From positions 57,784,001 through 57,848,000 of the forward strand of contig NC_079169.1 of assembly GCF_947568905.1 (NCBI RefSeq): a DNA stretch of 64,000 bases. The letters run 5' to 3'. Shown piece by piece: positions 63,851 through 64,000 of this stretch. The stretch comes from Ostrea edulis. Taxonomy: Eukaryota. The notes under the pieces are model-generated. The model saw only the letters and a program-made list of their open reading frames with translations. It had not been told where the DNA came from and searched no databases. The first letter of the stretch is position 1; every line of letters begins with the position of its first letter. The translations under genes were made by a program, and so were the position numbers.

Positions 63851-64000
63851 TAGAGTTTATAACGATAGGAATTAGATATTTTTGACATGGATTTTACAGA
63901 ATCAAAATTTGATTCAGAGTAATTATTTATAAGTTGTGAAATTGCGTTACATTATTTAGACTTAACGTTAAAATCTTATATTAATGTAAAAGGATTTTCA

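Overview
AT-rich, intron-containing animal DNA. The repeat content (a 166-bp HindIII-site satellite inside Helentron-type elements, bivalve-type SINEs, Penelope-like fragments) points to an oyster-like bivalve; this is an inference. Genes from left to right: an intronless Cys-loop/nAChR-like subunit (5296-6549, -); only the first two exons of METTL1/Trm8 (13996-14564, -); a single-coding-exon MFSD5 (19863-21224, +); and a head-to-head pair of intact 16-exon RIG-I-like receptors, each 2xCARD + DExD/H helicase + Zn-binding CTD. RLR-A is 22669-34068 (-, 1125 aa) and RLR-B is 36461-62008 (+, 1093-1177 aa). I assembled both by hand; they have identical intron phases. Best second-look items: (1) the two RLRs differ at the 5'-triphosphate-binding lysines of the CTD and share a 2.4-kb divergent promoter with IRF-like motifs; (2) a 42-bp coding repeat in RLR-B forms a ladder of seven in-phase splice donors that could tune CARD-helicase linker length; (3) a 91-bp inverted repeat brackets a truncated Gypsy element in the last intron of RLR-A; (4) a minimal type-I hammerhead ribozyme sits in a 351-nt retrozyme-like repeat; (5) a complete 362-bp TRIM carries a tRNA cloverleaf in each LTR. 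The remainder is dense, often nested, transposon debris. All protein calls come from motif recognition and no database searches were run.
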